Below are positions 62,210-64,000 of a stretch of 64,000 nucleotides of DNA, piece by piece. Numbering within the stretch: the first letter of the stretch is position 1; the number at the start of each line of letters is the position of its first letter. The notes under the pieces were generated by a model that ran no database searches, had not been told where the DNA came from, and was given only the letters and a program-made list of their open reading frames with translations. The position numbers and the translations under genes were made by a program. The stretch lies in sequence record NC_019406.1; one strand, 5' to 3'.

Positions 62210-62296
62210 GCCCAACTGGTCGGAATGGCAGACGCAGGATACTCAAAATATCCGGACCGCAAGGTCGTCCCGGTTCAAGTCCGGGGTTGGGCACCA
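62210..62296 (+). tRNA. trnL: tRNA-Leu(CAA)
   Basis: GGATA-CTCAAAA-TATCC; CCA. Confidence 0.95.
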
Positions 62297-62303
62297 AGTT
62301 TAA

Positions 62304-62391
62304 CGCAGCGTGGCGGAGTCTGGTAGACGCGCCATCTTGAGAGGGTGGTGTCCGAAAGGGCGGGGAGGTTCGAATCCTCTCGCTGCGACCA
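62304..62391 (+). tRNA. trnL: tRNA-Leu(GAG)
   Basis: CCATC-TTGAGAG-GGTGG; CCA. Confidence 0.9.
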
Positions 62392-62399
62392 AGTTCTGA

Positions 62400-62474
62400 T
62401 CTGGTGTAGTCGAGTGGTTAAGACGCCGCATTGTGGATGCGGAGGCTCTGGTTCAATCCCAGGCACCAGTACCA
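62400..62474 (+). tRNA. trnH: tRNA-His(GTG), no G-1, U72/A73
   Basis: CCGCA-TTGTGGA-TGCGG; 3' end CACCAGT-A-CCA. Confidence 0.9.
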
Positions 62475-62478
62475 ATAC

Positions 62479-62553
62479 GGGGATGTAGCTCAGGGGTAGA
62501 GCGGCTGTTTTGCAAGCAGCGGGTCGGGGGTTCGAATCCCTCCATCTCCACCA
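62479..62553 (+). tRNA. trnA: tRNA-Ala(TGC)
   Basis: G3.U70 present; loop TTTGCAA. Confidence 0.95.
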
Positions 62554-62558
62554 ACAAC

Positions 62559-62631
62559 GGGGTATGCGCAGGGTCCGCAGGCATCCTTTGCAAGGAAGCT
62601 GAGGTGGGTTCGAGTCCCACATACTCCACCA
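62559..62631 (+). tRNA. trnA: tRNA-Ala(TGC) second copy, atypical D-arm junction
   Basis: G3.U70 present; D stem GCG/CGC abuts the acceptor stem. Confidence 0.75.
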
Positions 62632-62632
62632 C

Positions 62633-62722
62633 GGATGGTGAACCGGTCAGGCGCGCCGGGGCGGTTTCGAAAGCCGAGCGGACCTTCACGGGTTTGGGGA
62701 TCATGCCCTCCGCCATCCGCCA
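62633..62722 (+). tRNA. trnS: tRNA-Ser(CGA), non-canonical T loop ATCATGC
   Basis: GGATGGT/GCCATCC-G-CCA; loop TTCGAAA; long V arm. Confidence 0.8.
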
Positions 62723-62726
62723 ACAT

Positions 62727-62816
62727 GGAGAGCGAACCGGACAGCCGCGCCGGGACCGATTGGAAATCGCGTCGGACCTTCACGGGTCTGGGGATGGTGT
62801 CCTCCGTTCTCCGCCA
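62727..62816 (+). tRNA. trnS: tRNA-Ser(GGA), non-canonical T loop ATGGTGT
   Basis: GGAGAGC/GTTCTCC-G-CCA; loop TTGGAAA; long V arm. Confidence 0.8.
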
Positions 62817-62820
62817 ACAA

Positions 62821-62908
62821 GGATGTATGGCTGAGAGGCTGAAAGCGCCCGTCTTGAAAACGGGTCGACCGCAAGGTCGCGGGAGTTCGAATCTCTCTAC
62901 ATCCGCCA
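62821..62908 (+). tRNA. trnS: tRNA-Ser(TGA), canonical
   Basis: CCCGT-CTTGAAA-ACGGG; TTCGAAT; G73-CCA. Confidence 0.95.
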
Positions 62909-62979
62909 AATGAGGGTCACGACCTCTCTCGCCTGTCGTGAGCAAATTCAGGGAGGATCGCCCTGGAGCCCGTGTAATT

Positions 62980-63067
62980 GGAGAACAAATCGGCCGGCGG
63001 CCGAGACCGATTGCTAATCGAGTCGGACCTTCACGGGTCTGGGGATGGTGCCCTCTGTTCTCCGCCA
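62980..63067 (+). tRNA. trnS: tRNA-Ser(GCT), non-canonical T loop ATGGTGC
   Basis: GGAGAAC/GTTCTCC-G-CCA; loop TTGCTAA; long V arm. Confidence 0.8.
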
Positions 63068-63096
63068 TATTCAACCGCGAGCAAGGGAGCCGCAAC

Positions 63097-63318
63097 ATGA
63101 CGACGATGACGCAATGCCGACTGGAACGCAATGGCGCGGTCCAAGTCGCCTGGATCGAGTCGAAGTTCGCTAAGCCGACGAAGGTCGTCAAGATCAAGGT
63201 CGACGGCGAATGGGAAGACGGGTGGGTGGTCGCCAAGACCGGCACGACCCTACCGGCCGAAACGGTCCAGAAGCGCGAGCGGGACTTCAAGTCACACCGC
63301 CGCGCCACCGACGTGTAA
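63097..63318 (+). CDS. Hypothetical protein (73 aa)
   Basis: AAGGGAG SD before ATG 63097. Confidence 0.75.
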   Translation: MTTMTQCRLERNGAVQVAWIESKFAKPTKVVKIKVDGEWEDGWVVAKTGTTLPAETVQKRERDFKSHRRATDV

Positions 63319-63321
63319 GGG

Positions 63322-63355
63322 AAACGCCCCGGTTGCGAGACCGGGGCGTTCTTTT
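63322..63355. terminator. Bidirectional intrinsic terminator
   Basis: AAACGCCCCGG-TTGCGAGA-CCGGGGCGTTCTTTT between convergent genes. Confidence 0.8.
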
Positions 63356-63356
63356 G

Positions 63357-63809
63357 TTAGGCCGTCACGCCGTCAGTAGCGGCGATGACCAGCCATTGAG
63401 TACCGGTCCAGCGCAGGATCACCATCGTGGGCGGCGTAGGCACATGCGCGCCCACCACTCCGAGCGGATTGAATGGTAGGAAAGTCAATTCCTGGTACTG
63501 CTGCGCGTTCCATTGGAACGGCTTGCCCGGCGCCGTCTCCGCCAGATTGAGCGTTTCTGAAAGCGCTCGCAACTTGAACGTGGCTCGATTGGCGGTGTTC
63601 GTGCCAGATTCGAACTGAGACGGCAGCGGCAGTAGACGGACGACAATCTCGTCACCGGGCGATTCGCCCGGCGCGAGCCAGCCGTACAGCGTGACGTCGC
63701 TGTTATGCTCCAGGCGGATATCCACCTGACGCTCGTCGTTGCGGTTGATCACCGGGGCCACGGCGTAATTGGTCGCGGCCTGCGGAATTGAGATCAAGGT
63801 AGCAGACAT
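63357..63809 (-). CDS. Hypothetical protein (150 aa), lower GC
   Basis: AAGGA SD before ATG 63809. Confidence 0.7.
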   Translation of the reverse strand: MSATLISIPQAATNYAVAPVINRNDERQVDIRLEHNSDVTLYGWLAPGESPGDEIVVRLLPLPSQFESGTNTANRATFKLRALSETLNLAETAPGKPFQWNAQQYQELTFLPFNPLGVVGAHVPTPPTMVILRWTGTQWLVIAATDGVTA

Positions 63810-64000
63810 ATGGTATTCCTTGGTTTGATGGAACCAGACAACGTCGTCCGGCTCAGCTTGTGTAGCGAACATAACCGGAACATGCAAGACCAGAATGGAC
63901 AGAAATTCTGGCGACGCTAAACTGCGCCCATGACTTACCCGATCGCGCCGACCGCCTTTCCTGAGAACCCGTTCAACCCGGCATGGGTAGCTCGCGATTT

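Noticed and set aside
1-64000. rRNA, integrase, transposase, terminase, tail tube/tape measure
   Set aside because: No recognisable sequence for any of these in this window.

Overview
This window looks like the left end of a large, high-GC, lytic Caulobacter-type siphophage of the phiCbK-like (prolate-head) group. That assignment is inferred from gene order, CtrA boxes and an alphaproteobacterial-type tRNA-His; no database search was run. Layout: (i) 1-1.9 kb is non-coding and holds several distinct direct-repeat arrays. (ii) 1.9-17.1 kb is a probable long terminal repeat with about 34 small early genes built as cassettes: TTAA-N7-TTAA (CtrA-type) promoter, 5' hairpin, SD, ORF. It also carries four copies of a promoter-driven ~80-nt structured RNA. 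(iii) 17.5-19.2 kb is a minus-strand gene pair: a lipoprotein transglutaminase-like cysteine protease and a second major-capsid paralog that begins with a twin-arginine (Tat) signal peptide. (iv) 20-38.5 kb has the portal and about 45 accessory genes (antitoxin-like, Ntn peptidase, HD, DHH, DEDD, HNH, three FlbD-like). (v) 38.7-59 kb has the scaffold, major capsid protein, a second capsid-associated protein and a fibre/filament module including a 2750-aa Gly-rich/LamG protein. (vi) 59.2-63.1 kb holds 22 tRNA genes, several with unusual architecture. The strongest leads are the Tat-signal capsid paralog plus protease, the four-copy RNA, and tRNAs with swapped elbow pairs or missing linkers. Several CDS starts were moved from the ORF track to the codon that follows a visible SD.
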